A stretch of 34,383 nucleotides of DNA from Octopus sinensis (lineage: Eukaryota): positions 1 through 34,383 of the forward strand of contig NW_021831687.1 in assembly GCF_006345805.1 (NCBI RefSeq), in the 5' to 3' direction. The notes under the pieces are model-generated. The model saw only the letters and a list, made by a program, of their open reading frames with translations. It was not told where the DNA came from and did not search any database. The translations under genes and the position numbers were made by a program. How positions within the stretch are numbered: the stretch's first letter is position 1; each line of letters begins with the position of its first letter. Of the stretch, positions 34,206-34,383 are shown one piece after another.

Positions 34206-34383
34206 TAGTTTCTGATTACCAGGTCAGTTTATAATACACAAAATGAAACATCTAATCGATGTGGCAATGTTTACCTGTAATTACCTGTTAATTAGAGGTT
34301 GTTATATTCTAAAATGACTAGTGTAGAACAGGTTTAAAATAGCTCACCAGGTTGAAGGCTGATCACCAGTAACAACAATGAGC

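Overview
This is an AT-rich, repeat-dense, almost entirely non-genic animal genomic window. The SINE families, (TA)n/(AAT)n microsatellites and RTE tails match what I recall from octopus genomes; that host assignment is recognition, not a database result. No intact host gene is visible, and most ORFs in the supplied track are microsatellite or SINE artefacts. Recognisable content: a near full-length but disabled RTE LINE (~3.7-7.55 kb); a 5'-truncated second RTE with a PHD-like finger inside its RT (29.6-31.3 kb, minus); a Dong/R4 REL-endonuclease retrotransposon sitting in (TAA)n; a Penelope-like RT-thumb/GIY-YIG remnant; MULE, Helitron and two Tc1/mariner remnants; a young MITE with perfect 82-bp TIRs; TTAA/piggyBac-type MITEs; and many tRNA-derived SINEs. 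The least expected signal is a set of minimal type I hammerhead-ribozyme motifs in unrelated, ORF-less sequence (2146-2227, 7797-7855 and 9037-9081, all minus; a decayed one at ~28.98 kb, plus). Weak candidates for host-gene exons (9.5-11.0 kb, plus) and a promoter/first exon (11.8-12.2 kb) are also noted.
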